Source of the DNA: an uncultured Pirellulaceae bacterium
Lineage (GTDB): Bacteria; Planctomycetota; Planctomycetia; Pirellulales; Pirellulaceae
Direction of reading: 5' to 3'
Assembly: GCA_964400585.1 (NCBI GenBank)
Contig: CAYNVI010000001.1
Location: 1 to 52,456, forward strand
DNA length: 52,456 nucleotides
The notes under the pieces were generated by a model. It was not told the DNA's origin, did not search any database, and worked only from the letters and a program-made list of their open reading frames with translations. This document shows, piece by piece, positions 1 to 9,433 of this stretch. Numbering within the stretch: position 1 is the stretch's first letter; every line of letters begins with the position of its first letter. A program made the translations under genes and the position numbers.

Positions 1-1730
1 ACGATGAAGTGCCCCAGCGGTGGCTGGCTGGAGGGTTCGGCGACCATCCAGACCGCGCCGGGTCGCGTCGACTGTTCTTTCCGCGCTCCGGGTGCGATCG
101 TTCCATACGATTTTTTGCCGCCCTGCCGGTCGATCCAAAACAGTTCGACTTCGCGATCCCGTTGGTTTTCCAAGAAGACGGGAAAGGAACTCCCGGCGGT
201 TTTCGACGGCGGCGCCTGGCCCGCAGCGGCGGGATGCCAGGCGAGCTTCGTCAGCGATTCCACCGAGGGCGCCACCCATTCGACAAATTCCGCCGGGGCT
301 GCCTGCCGGAAAGCCGCTCGCTCTTCCTCCAAGGCAGGATCTTCGGCGAGATTCGTCCATTCGTACGGATCCTGGTCGATGTCGTAGAACTCTTCGCTGC
401 CGTCTTGATAGTGGATGTAGCGGTACTTCCTGCCGCTGATGCTGTAGCTGCCGGGCTTGCCCATAAAAGTGACCGAACGATGGGGCCAGGCAGCCTGCGC
501 GTCGCGTAACAGCGGCATCAAGCTGGGCGCGTCACAGCGAGCCTTGGAGGGAAGACCACACAACTCGGTCAGTGTCGGGAACAGGCTCAGTAGGTTCACC
601 GGGGCATCACAAACCGTCCCGGCCGTCGTGCCGGCGGGCAGGGCGTCGACCAGAGCTGGCGGGACGCGGATGATCAAGGGCACACGGGTGACCGCCCGCC
701 ACGGCGTGAACTTCTGCCAGTGCTGCTTTTCGCCGAGTTGCCAGCCGTGATCCGACCAGAGCACAACGATCGTGTGGTCGGCATGCGGCCCTTCTTCCAG
801 CGCGTCCAAGACGCGCCCCAGCATCGCGTCCGCAAAGTGGATCGATGCCAGGTAACCTTGCACTCCCCGTTTCCATTGCCCGGCGGAGCGGATGTGGGCG
901 AAATAGCGGTTCTTGGCTGCCCGCACCCCCGCCGCGGGGATGTCGTCGAGGTCGTCTTCCCGGTAACCAGGAGGGAGTTGGATCGAATCGAGCGGAAAAG
1001 GCTCAAAGTACTTCTTCGGCACAAACCAAGGCTCGTGGGGCCGGTAGAGGCCGCACCCTAGGAACAGCGGCTGGTCCTGGGGCTGGCGCAGCTGTTTCCC
1101 CACCCACTCGCTGACCGACCAGTCGCCACCGAACGCTTCATCGGTCACGTCCAAAGCCGCCCAGTCGGTCTCCACGTACTGCCAAGGGCCACCCCGAGGT
1201 AAGTTGACCGGACGCTGCTTGGGATAGAACGTGGGAGGCAGCGGGTTTTCCGATTCGGGTTTGGGGAAGTAGTCGTCCCAGGAGGCGGCATCGATGAAGT
1301 AGTGCAATAATTTCCCGGAACCCGCGGCCCCGTATCCGTGCTGGCGAAAATAGGCCGGCAGAAGGACCTCGTCAGGCATGACCTCCCGCATCTGCTGGGC
1401 ATTGTCGTACAGACCCGAACGGTTCGGGGCGCGTCCGGTGAAGATCGCTGAACGGCTGGGGTTGCAGGCAGGTGCCGGGCAATGGGCGTTGCGGAAGAGG
1501 ACGCCGCTGGCCGCGAAGCGGTCCAAGTTCGGAGTGCGACTTTGGGGATGGCCTCCCAGGCACCCGATCCAATCGTTCAGGTCGTCCATGGCGATGCACA
1601 ACACATGGGGGCGGGGCACCGAGCGCGTCGTCTGGGACGGCCCCTGGGAGGCGTCGCTGGCGGCCCCGACAGGAGTCGCCAACCCCATCAGCAGGCAGGT
1701 CCCCACGAACCACTGCACGGTTTGAACCAC
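1..1730 (-). CDS. Formylglycine-dependent sulfatase (S1 family), 3' end cut by the window edge, with an extra C-terminal beta-domain
   Basis: Absent from the ORF track because no stop codon lies inside the window. Own minus-strand translation from GTG 1730..1728 (GGAG at 1740..1737) gives VQTVQWFVGTCLLMGLATPVGAAS (signal-like), HVLCIAMDDLNDW, CPAPACNPSRSAIFTGR (C-x-P-x-R formylglycine motif) and VLWSDHGWQLGEK. The frame stays open to base 3. Confidence 0.85.
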   Translation of the reverse strand, partial: MVQTVQWFVGTCLLMGLATPVGAASDASQGPSQTTRSVPRPHVLCIAMDDLNDWIGCLGGHPQSRTPNLDRFAASGVLFRNAHCPAPACNPSRSAIFTGRAPNRSGLYDNAQQMREVMPDEVLLPAYFRQHGYGAAGSGKLLHYFIDAASWDDYFPKPESENPLPPTFYPKQRPVNLPRGGPWQYVETDWAALDVTDEAFGGDWSVSEWVGKQLRQPQDQPLFLGCGLYRPHEPWFVPKKYFEPFPLDSIQLPPGYREDDLDDIPAAGVRAAKNRYFAHIRSAGQWKRGVQGYLASIHFADAMLGRVLDALEEGPHADHTIVVLWSDHGWQLGEKQHWQKFTPWRAVTRVPLIIRVPPALVDALPAGTTAGTVCDAPVNLLSLFPTLTELCGLPSKARCDAPSLMPLLRDAQAAWPHRSVTFMGKPGSYSISGRKYRYIHYQDGSEEFYDIDQDPYEWTNLAEDPALEEERAAFRQAAPAEFVEWVAPSVESLTKLAWHPAAAGQAPPSKTAGSSFPVFLENQRDREVELFWIDRQGGKKSYGTIAPGARKEQSTRPGAVWMVAEPSSQPPLGHFI

Positions 1731-2251
1731 AATCGTCTCCTGGCTTCCGGTGGGAAAGTAAGCTTGAACCTGCCGCTGCCGGCTGGCAGCGGCTGGCGGG
1801 ACGCGAGCTAACCGCTCACGCGGGTTTCGCGTGCGATTTTTTCCTCGCCGCCCGGGGCGACCGGCCCCCCGTTCCGCCGGGCAAACCCGCGCGGCCTCCT
1901 CATTGTAAGGCTTCCGCTCGCGCGTTGGCTCGCTGCGGGGAAAGGTGGTCAGGACGTTGGCCCCCCGTCGGCTGGCCCCCCGTCGGCTGGTTCGAGGGGC
2001 CGCCGCGACCGCCAGGGAAATTTTTTTCGCCGCGGGGCCGCTGCGGCGCGGCGACCTCCCGTTGGCACCGCTGCAGCGGCGCAGATCCTTCCCCTGCTGA
2101 TTCCCCTGGCAGCACACACCGATTCCTCGTTGTTTGCTAACCGCGTCTTCACAGGGCACGAAGAACATTCGCCGCTCACGCGGATGACAACAGAGGGCAA
2201 CCCAGTCATTCCGCTTTTCAAGCGTGGACTGTTTCCAAGGGGAGAGACTAG

Positions 2252-3241
2252 ATGAAACGACTGTCTTCGGTGAAGACGCAACGCGGCTTTACGCTCGTCG
2301 AGCTATTGGTCGTGATCGCCATTATCGGCGTGTTGGTAGGGCTGCTGTTACCGGCGGTGCAGTCCGCTCGCGAAGCCGCGCGACGCATGCAGTGCAGCAA
2401 CAATTTGAAGCAATTGGGGCTGGCCATGCACAACTACCACAGCACGCTGAATGTCTTCCCTTCGGGCGTGATCAATCCTGTAGGGGACGACCCCAACGGC
2501 CGCCATGGAAGCGGGGCGCCGGGGATGGGGGGACCGTGGATCTGCTTACTGCTTCCCTACCTCGAAAAGTCCGCCTTGCATGACAACTACATGAAAATTG
2601 TCAACGAGCGGAACGAGGCGGTCGACTGGTTTGGCAACGGGGTCTACCGCGACACGCCGATCGGTGACACACGGATCTCGGCGATGGATTGTCCTTCCCA
2701 TCCACGCAGCAAGGAACACATGGCCAACGGTACGGGAATGGAGCATCTTTCCCGCGGCAACTATGCGGCGTGCTATGGCAAGGCCGGCTACGGCATGGTG
2801 CACACCAACGATTCCCAGGTTGGCGGCGTGTTCGGAAATAACTCGAAGCTGGCGATGCGAGATCTGCTCGACGGCAGCTCCAACACGATCGCCTTGAGCG
2901 AGGTCAAGTACCGGTTGCCGGGTGGGAATTCCTCAGGAGACATCCGCGGAACCTGGGCCTACGCCACGATGGGGGGCAACACCTTCACAACGCAAACCGG
3001 TCCCAATTCCAGCGTCGGTGACCGAATCTGGGGGTGCCGATCGCTCCCCGAGGAAGGCATGCCCTGCACTTCAAGCAGCAACTATTCGGAACTGTTCGCG
3101 GCCGCCCGCAGCTACCACGTCGGAGGCGTGCAAGTGTCGATGGCCGATGGGAGTGTGCGATTCATCTCGGACAATCTCGATCTCCTGACGTGGCAGGCGC
3201 TTGGCAGTCGCAGTGGCAGGGAAGTTGTGGACGATTTCTAG
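2252..3241 (+). CDS. DUF1559 / H-X9-DG family protein with a prepilin-type N-terminal methylation motif
   Basis: N-terminus is QRGFTLVELLVVIAIIGVLVGLLLPAVQSAREAARRMQCSNNLKQLGLAMHNYH. C-terminus HVGGVQVSMADGSVRFIS fits H-X9-DG. GGAGAG lies at 2241..2246 ahead of ATG 2252. Confidence 0.92.
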   Translation: MKRLSSVKTQRGFTLVELLVVIAIIGVLVGLLLPAVQSAREAARRMQCSNNLKQLGLAMHNYHSTLNVFPSGVINPVGDDPNGRHGSGAPGMGGPWICLLLPYLEKSALHDNYMKIVNERNEAVDWFGNGVYRDTPIGDTRISAMDCPSHPRSKEHMANGTGMEHLSRGNYAACYGKAGYGMVHTNDSQVGGVFGNNSKLAMRDLLDGSSNTIALSEVKYRLPGGNSSGDIRGTWAYATMGGNTFTTQTGPNSSVGDRIWGCRSLPEEGMPCTSSSNYSELFAAARSYHVGGVQVSMADGSVRFISDNLDLLTWQALGSRSGREVVDDF

Positions 3242-3426
3242 CGAGCGTTCAGCGATCACTTCCTCGGCCCCGTCGTCCCTTCCAGCGGAAGGCGGGGCCG
3301 AGGGGTTTCAAAACAGCGGCCGTGATTTTTTCGCCGTCGCTTCGAGGGTATGTGTCCGAGACCAATCAACGTGCTCGGCATTCAGGAATCAAGACTTCAT
3401 TCGGAGACCCCGCAGGGGCAAAACAC

Positions 3427-3912
3427 ATGAAATGGGATCAAAACCGGTTCGCTCGTTGGGCCGCCGGTCTGTTGCTGGTGGTCACGACGATCGGATGTGG
3501 GGAAGCCGACCAACTGGAGGTGTACCCCGTGCAGGGACGTGTCAACTTCCGGGGAAAGCCGATGGCCGGCGGAGGTTCGATCGCGTTCATTCCCGTCAGC
3601 GGGCAGGAGGGCAAGACCGCCGGGGGTGAAATCCAGGAAGACGGCTCCTACTATCTGTCCACTTATGGGGACGGAGACGGCTCGATCCCCGGTGAGTTCC
3701 GGGTTGTGATCACGCAAGTCGTCGAATCCGAACCCCAGGCCGTGTCCGACGGTGAGGGCATGAACGAAGCGGCGCCGATCGCCAACTCCGGTTCCCGCGT
3801 GGATGAAGCAGACTGGATTCCACCGATCTACTCGGATCATCGCAACTCGCCGCTGACGGCGCGGGTCGAGGCAACGGATTCGAATCAGCTGAATTTCGAG
3901 CTTAAGCCCTAG
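3427..3912 (+). CDS. Small lipoprotein with a carboxypeptidase-regulatory-like beta-sandwich (the usual partner of DUF1559 genes)
   Basis: Track ORF 3034..3912 trimmed to the in-frame ATG 3427. This gives MKWDQNRFARWAAGLLLVVTTIGC (lipobox I-G-C) followed by VYPVQGRVNFRGKPMAGGGSIAFIP. The upstream 131 codons are Arg/Pro-rich and overlap the DUF1559 3' end. Confidence 0.75.
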   Translation: MKWDQNRFARWAAGLLLVVTTIGCGEADQLEVYPVQGRVNFRGKPMAGGGSIAFIPVSGQEGKTAGGEIQEDGSYYLSTYGDGDGSIPGEFRVVITQVVESEPQAVSDGEGMNEAAPIANSGSRVDEADWIPPIYSDHRNSPLTARVEATDSNQLNFELKP

Positions 3913-3926
3913 GCGTTCCGGTAGCG

Positions 3927-4973
3927 ATGTCGACGACGACCCTGGCACCAAGCCCCCCTCCGGTTTCTTCGCCGGCCGACGTTCAAGCTCCGCGGAATCC
4001 GGCGGCAGTCGCTGATGTGGCCGCCGTGCGAGGCTGGCTTGTGGGCCCCTGGTTCGATCTGTTGCTGGTGGCGAATGTGGCGTGGCCACTGCTGTTGCTG
4101 GCGCAATGGCGCGAGGGCTTCGACGGCCGCGCGGGGGTGCAGTTTTGGCAGCTGTACTTTGTGACGACCCCGCATCGCTGGATCACGTTGTTCATCGTCT
4201 TCCTCGACCGCGAACGGTTTGCCGCCCGCCGCCAAACGTTCCTGGCGGTGGCCGCTGTCGCCGTCGCGTTCTGCCTGGGCGTGCGGATGACGACGGGCAC
4301 CCTGACCTGCTTGCTGGCGCTCGACTACGTGTGGAACGGCTGGCATTTTGCGGCCCAGCACCACGGCATCTATCGCATTTATGGACGCCTTAGCATGGCC
4401 GCGGACACGACAGGTCGGACGCTGGAAAAATGGCTGATGCGCGGGTTTTTGATGTACGTGATCCTCCGCGTCGCGGGGGTCACTTGGGCCGCTCCCCGCT
4501 TGGAACAAGGGCTCGCCAATCTGGACTGGGTGGTGCTGAGCATCCCGGCTTGGTTGATCTGCCGGAATCTCATCCAGCGGCCACGCGCCCTCGGGCAGTT
4601 GAGCTATTTGGCGAGCGTGACGACGCTCTACTTGAGTCTTCTCTGGGCCGTCCACAGTGGACGGCCTCGACTCGTGCTTGTGCTGGCGACGGCGGCCGCC
4701 CTGTTTCACGCGGTCGAGTACCTTTCGGTCGTCGCGTGGTCGGTGCGACAACGCCACGCCAAAGCTGCCAATCGAATGGGACTGCTTGGATACCTGGTTC
4801 CGCGTTGGGGGATTGCCTTAGCCGTCTTCGTCGTGGTTCTGGGTGCGGGCGGCTGGCTGATGGATCAACACTGGGTCGAAACCTGGCTGTTGTTGAACGT
4901 GGTCGCCGCCTTCATGCACTATGCCTATGATGGCTTGATCTGGCGCAAGCCGGCTGCCGCCACAGGGGCCTGA
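3927..4973 (+). CDS. Polytopic inner-membrane protein of unknown function with conserved-looking His/Trp motifs
   Basis: 348-aa ORF starting 14 nt after the previous stop. It has about 8 hydrophobic segments and the motifs TTPHRWITLFIVFLDRERF, WNGWHFAAQHHGIYRIYGR, LFHAVEYLSVVAW and FMHYAYDGLIWRK. I do not recognise the family. Confidence 0.7.
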   Translation: MSTTTLAPSPPPVSSPADVQAPRNPAAVADVAAVRGWLVGPWFDLLLVANVAWPLLLLAQWREGFDGRAGVQFWQLYFVTTPHRWITLFIVFLDRERFAARRQTFLAVAAVAVAFCLGVRMTTGTLTCLLALDYVWNGWHFAAQHHGIYRIYGRLSMAADTTGRTLEKWLMRGFLMYVILRVAGVTWAAPRLEQGLANLDWVVLSIPAWLICRNLIQRPRALGQLSYLASVTTLYLSLLWAVHSGRPRLVLVLATAAALFHAVEYLSVVAWSVRQRHAKAANRMGLLGYLVPRWGIALAVFVVVLGAGGWLMDQHWVETWLLLNVVAAFMHYAYDGLIWRKPAAATGA

Positions 4974-4977
4974 GCGA

Positions 4978-6192
4978 ATGAGCGCGTTGGACGACAGCTT
5001 GCTGAAACGGCCCGTGCTGTTCCGCTTTCCCGGGACCGCGGTACTCCCTTCGCTTGCCGTGCTACTGGCCGCCAGCCTCGCATGGTGGGGCGGCGACGGG
5101 GTGCTGCCGATCTATGTTTGGCCCGACGTGATGGCCGTCTACCTTTTCAGCGCGTTCCCCCTGGCCGCCGCGCTGACTTCCTGGTTTGCCCGGGATGACC
5201 GCCAGGGGGGCGCCATCGTTTTCGGCGGGGCCGGCCTGACGCTGGCTACCGCGCTGCTCGTTTTACCCGCTACGGAAACCGGGACGCGCAGGGCCGCCGC
5301 AGCGTTCGGTTTGGTGGTAGGGATCTTGTGGTGGGTCTCCGCGCTGCGCAAAAGCATGGCACGCTCGCCGCAGCATGCTCCCCGCTGCAGCCCGGTGCCT
5401 CTGCTGGTGATCGGCGGACTGCTCCTGTGGCTGCTGCCTACCGTCTACGTCCAGGCCCGCTGCCGACATGACACGCAACGCCTGGAGGAACTGCTGGAAC
5501 AGAGCCGGCTGGGCGAAGCGCGTCTGCTGGCGCAGCGCCTGCTTGAACTGTCTCCCTCCCTTTCCTTTCACGAAAGGCCTCTCCCCCAGGTCGCTGCGGA
5601 AATCGAGGCTACCGTGGAGCAACTCGATTCGCTCGTGGCACAACCGTTAGCGGCGGACGCCGGCGAGGCGGAACGGATCGAGCGTGCCCGCCAGTTCGCG
5701 ATCCTGGGGCGCAATGAGGCGGCGCTCGACTTGCTCTCGGCGCCTCCGACCTTTGCGGGTTTGCCCCCCACCTGCAACTTGCGAGGCACGATCCTCGAAA
5801 CGCTTGGACACTGGCAATCCGCTTGCAAAGCTTACCGCCTGGCAAAGGAGGCTTGGCACCAGCAAACTCGCAGCGCACCGCAACAGGCGGGTTTGGTCAC
5901 GGCCCTCACGGGGATCGCCTACTGTGAACGAAAGCTCGGTCGTTACCCTCAAGCGGAAACCGCGTACCTGTCTCGGTTGACGCTCGCGCCGGATGCGGAT
6001 TCGCACTTCCTGCTGGCCCAATTTTACGAGGATACGCAGCAAACGGCCTCCGCGCGAAGGCACGCGCAGCGGGCCGTCGCCCTCGCACCGGAACGTTACC
6101 AAGAGCGGGCCGAGCAATTGCTCAACAAGCTCGCCACCTTCCACTTCGGATGCCTTACGAGCAATGACCCTTATCCCGCTGTCCCCGATTAG
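4978..6192 (+). CDS. Membrane-anchored TPR-like protein
   Basis: Starts 4 nt after the previous stop. The N-terminal ~150 aa contain 4-5 TM helices. The C-terminal half is helical-repeat/TPR-like (LGRYPQAETAYLSRLTLAPDADSHFLLAQFYEDTQQ...). Confidence 0.7.
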   Translation: MSALDDSLLKRPVLFRFPGTAVLPSLAVLLAASLAWWGGDGVLPIYVWPDVMAVYLFSAFPLAAALTSWFARDDRQGGAIVFGGAGLTLATALLVLPATETGTRRAAAAFGLVVGILWWVSALRKSMARSPQHAPRCSPVPLLVIGGLLLWLLPTVYVQARCRHDTQRLEELLEQSRLGEARLLAQRLLELSPSLSFHERPLPQVAAEIEATVEQLDSLVAQPLAADAGEAERIERARQFAILGRNEAALDLLSAPPTFAGLPPTCNLRGTILETLGHWQSACKAYRLAKEAWHQQTRSAPQQAGLVTALTGIAYCERKLGRYPQAETAYLSRLTLAPDADSHFLLAQFYEDTQQTASARRHAQRAVALAPERYQERAEQLLNKLATFHFGCLTSNDPYPAVPD

Positions 6193-6198
6193 GAGTGA

Positions 6199-7248
6199 AT
6201 GATGACAAAGTTTTCTCGTCGTGAAATGATCAAGATGGGTGGTGCGCTGACGCTGGTGCCCGCCAGCCTAGGGGGCGCCTCGACCGCCTCGGCAGCGACG
6301 GAGACCCCCCTGGTCGACGGCCCACCACCGCTGCCGGGCGACGGTGCGTTTACCGTGGCGGTCCTGCCCGACACCCAACTCTATAGCGAGCGTTATCCCG
6401 ATCAGTTTATCGCGCAGACCGAATGGATTATCGCGCAACAGAAGGCCCGCAACATCGCCTGCGTGCTGCATCTGGGAGACATCACCAATCACAATACGCC
6501 GGCGGAGTGGGAAAACGCGGTCGATGCCCTCAACCGCCTCGATGGCAAGCTGCCCTACTTCATGGCCTTGGGCAACCATGACTACAGCGAAGGAGGCCGC
6601 TGCCACGACCGCACCACGCGTTTCAACGACTATTTTCCGCTCGCGAAGTACGAACAGTTGCCCAACTTCGGCGGCGTCTATGACAAGGAACCTCAACGGT
6701 TCGAGAACAGCTACCACTATTTCACAGCGAATGGTCGGAAGTTCTTGGTCCTGGCCCTCGAGTTCGGCCCGCGTGCCGACGTGATCCGCTGGGCCAACGA
6801 GGTCGTCGCTCAGCACCAGGATCACGAGGCGATCCTGATCACGCATGCCTACATGTATTACGACGAAACACGCTACGACTGGGCCAAGTACGGCAGCAAG
6901 CAGTCGTGGAATCCCCACAGCTATGGCGTGGCCAAAGCCACCGGCGATGACGTTCACGATGGCGAAGAATTGTGGCGCGACCTGGTGAGCCGGCATGACA
7001 ACTTCATCATGACCCTCAACGGCCACGTCCTCAACGACGGACTCGGGCAATTAACCTCCTCCACGCCCGGCGGCCAAGATGTGCATCAACTGCTGGTGAA
7101 TTTCCAAATGAAGCCCCACGGGGGTGATGGCTGGCTGCGTTTGCTCGAATTTCCTGCCGATCAAACGGAAATCAAAGTCGCTGACTATTCACCGACCCTC
7201 GACCAGTGGAATCGCTCGGAAGCCAACCGCTTCTCCTTGCCGCTGTAG
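6199..7248 (+). CDS. Tat-exported calcineurin-like metallophosphoesterase
   Basis: Twin-arginine leader FSRREMIKMGGALTLVPASLGGASTASA. Phosphoesterase motifs VAVLPDTQ, LHLGDITNH, ALGNHDY, ITHAY and LNGHV. AGGAG at 6191..6195; ATG 6199 or 6202. Confidence 0.85.
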   Translation: MMTKFSRREMIKMGGALTLVPASLGGASTASAATETPLVDGPPPLPGDGAFTVAVLPDTQLYSERYPDQFIAQTEWIIAQQKARNIACVLHLGDITNHNTPAEWENAVDALNRLDGKLPYFMALGNHDYSEGGRCHDRTTRFNDYFPLAKYEQLPNFGGVYDKEPQRFENSYHYFTANGRKFLVLALEFGPRADVIRWANEVVAQHQDHEAILITHAYMYYDETRYDWAKYGSKQSWNPHSYGVAKATGDDVHDGEELWRDLVSRHDNFIMTLNGHVLNDGLGQLTSSTPGGQDVHQLLVNFQMKPHGGDGWLRLLEFPADQTEIKVADYSPTLDQWNRSEANRFSLPL

Positions 7249-7434
7249 CCGATCCCATCTAGGCCGGGGCCGAAGCCCTGAATAGAATGGGGACGCCGTG
7301 TTCGCTCCGACGGTTCGGCTCGCCTGGCGGGTCGGCCCGTCTGCCGAGCGCGCACATCCGGCGGGTCGGCCGGGGCACTCCGCCCGCCGGCCCGGCCGCG
7401 CAGGAAGCCTTCCCCCGACCGCCTCGATGGCCTA

Positions 7435-8487
<1,053 letters not shown>

Positions 8488-8533
8488 CCGCTGTCCAGTT
8501 CACCGGTGATCCTCAACGCGGCACCCCTACTCG

Positions 8534-9433
8534 ATGGCCGACCAAGATCTCTTTACCGCTGCCCAGATGACGCGCTTGTCCGGCCTGCGGGTGCTGGCCC
8601 GCCAAGCGGTCGAGGGGAGCTGCACCGGAATTCACAAATCGCCTCATAAAGGGGTGAGCGTCGAGTTCCGCGAGCACCGGCCATACGTTCGCGGCGACGA
8701 GGTTCGCAAGATCGACTGGAAGGTCTACGCCAAGACCGACCGATTCTACATTCGCGAATTCGAAGAAGAGACCAATCTTCGCTGCACGTTACTGCTCGAT
8801 TCCAGCGGATCGATGGCCTATCGCGGCCGTCGGGCACCGGTCTCCAAACACGAATTCGCGATTCAGGTATGCGCTTCACTCGCCTACTTGTTGCTCAGAC
8901 AACAAGACACCGTCGGTCTGCTCACGTTCGACGAAACGCTGCGCGCCCACTTGCCACCGCGGGGGCGTCCCTCGCACCTGCAAGCCTTGCTGGGGCAGAT
9001 GGTTCGTAGCGAACCGGGCGGAGAAACCGAACTCGGAGCGGTGCTCCAACAAGTCGCCGCGCGACTGGGACGTCCGGGGCTGCTGGTGTTGGTCTCCGAC
9101 TGCTTTTGCGATGTCCCGCGATTGACGCAAGCGCTGTCGCGGCTGCGGGCCGCCCGGCACGAAGTCATCGTCTTCCAGCTCTTCGATCCCGACGAAATCG
9201 ATTTCCCCTTCCAGGGACGCAAACAGCTCAAGGCCCTGGAGCGTTCCTTGGGCACCCGGCTTATCGACGCCCAGACGCTCCGTCAAGGCTACCTGGAGCA
9301 ACTGGAGGTGTTCCGCCAAACGCTGACCGAAGGCTGTCGCCGCAACCGCATCGATCTGCTCAGCCTGACGACCGACACGCCGCCGGCGGACGCCCTGGCC
9401 GCTTACGTCACGCATCGGAGACGCCGCCGATGA
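8534..9433 (+). CDS. DUF58 protein (vWA-like, MoxR partner)
   Basis: HKSPHKGVSVEFREHRPYVRGDEVRKIDWKVYAKTDRFYIREFEEE followed by LLLDSSGSM is the typical DUF58 core. Confidence 0.9.
   Translation: MADQDLFTAAQMTRLSGLRVLARQAVEGSCTGIHKSPHKGVSVEFREHRPYVRGDEVRKIDWKVYAKTDRFYIREFEEETNLRCTLLLDSSGSMAYRGRRAPVSKHEFAIQVCASLAYLLLRQQDTVGLLTFDETLRAHLPPRGRPSHLQALLGQMVRSEPGGETELGAVLQQVAARLGRPGLLVLVSDCFCDVPRLTQALSRLRAARHEVIVFQLFDPDEIDFPFQGRKQLKALERSLGTRLIDAQTLRQGYLEQLEVFRQTLTEGCRRNRIDLLSLTTDTPPADALAAYVTHRRRRR

Noticed and set aside
1958-1990. Two-copy short tandem duplications: TGGCCCCCCGTCGGC x2 here; a 21-nt x2 duplication at 7471..7512 in the moxR 5' end; a 12-nt x2 duplication at 19932..19960 in the toroid gene's 5' end
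   Set aside because: Each has only two copies and is short, consistent with simple replication-slippage duplications. The coding ones are in-frame in dispensable N-terminal regions. They are not individually noteworthy.
1472-2140. 222-aa ORF in the sulfatase/DUF1559 divergent spacer
   Set aside because: The product is Arg/Gly/Pro/Trp-rich, contains a translated 15-nt tandem duplication and has no motif. It is more plausibly a non-coding promoter region.
9106-9429. 5' extension of the BatA-like ORF overlapping DUF58 (similar 5' extensions exist at 3034..3426, 26986..27183, 31436..31582, 34169..34489, 45686..46231 and 46540..47211)
   Set aside because: The extensions are Arg/Pro-rich and overlap well-supported upstream genes. 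In each case an internal start gives a sensible N-terminus (signal peptide, TM helix or family-typical start), often with an RBS or a stop-start overlap.
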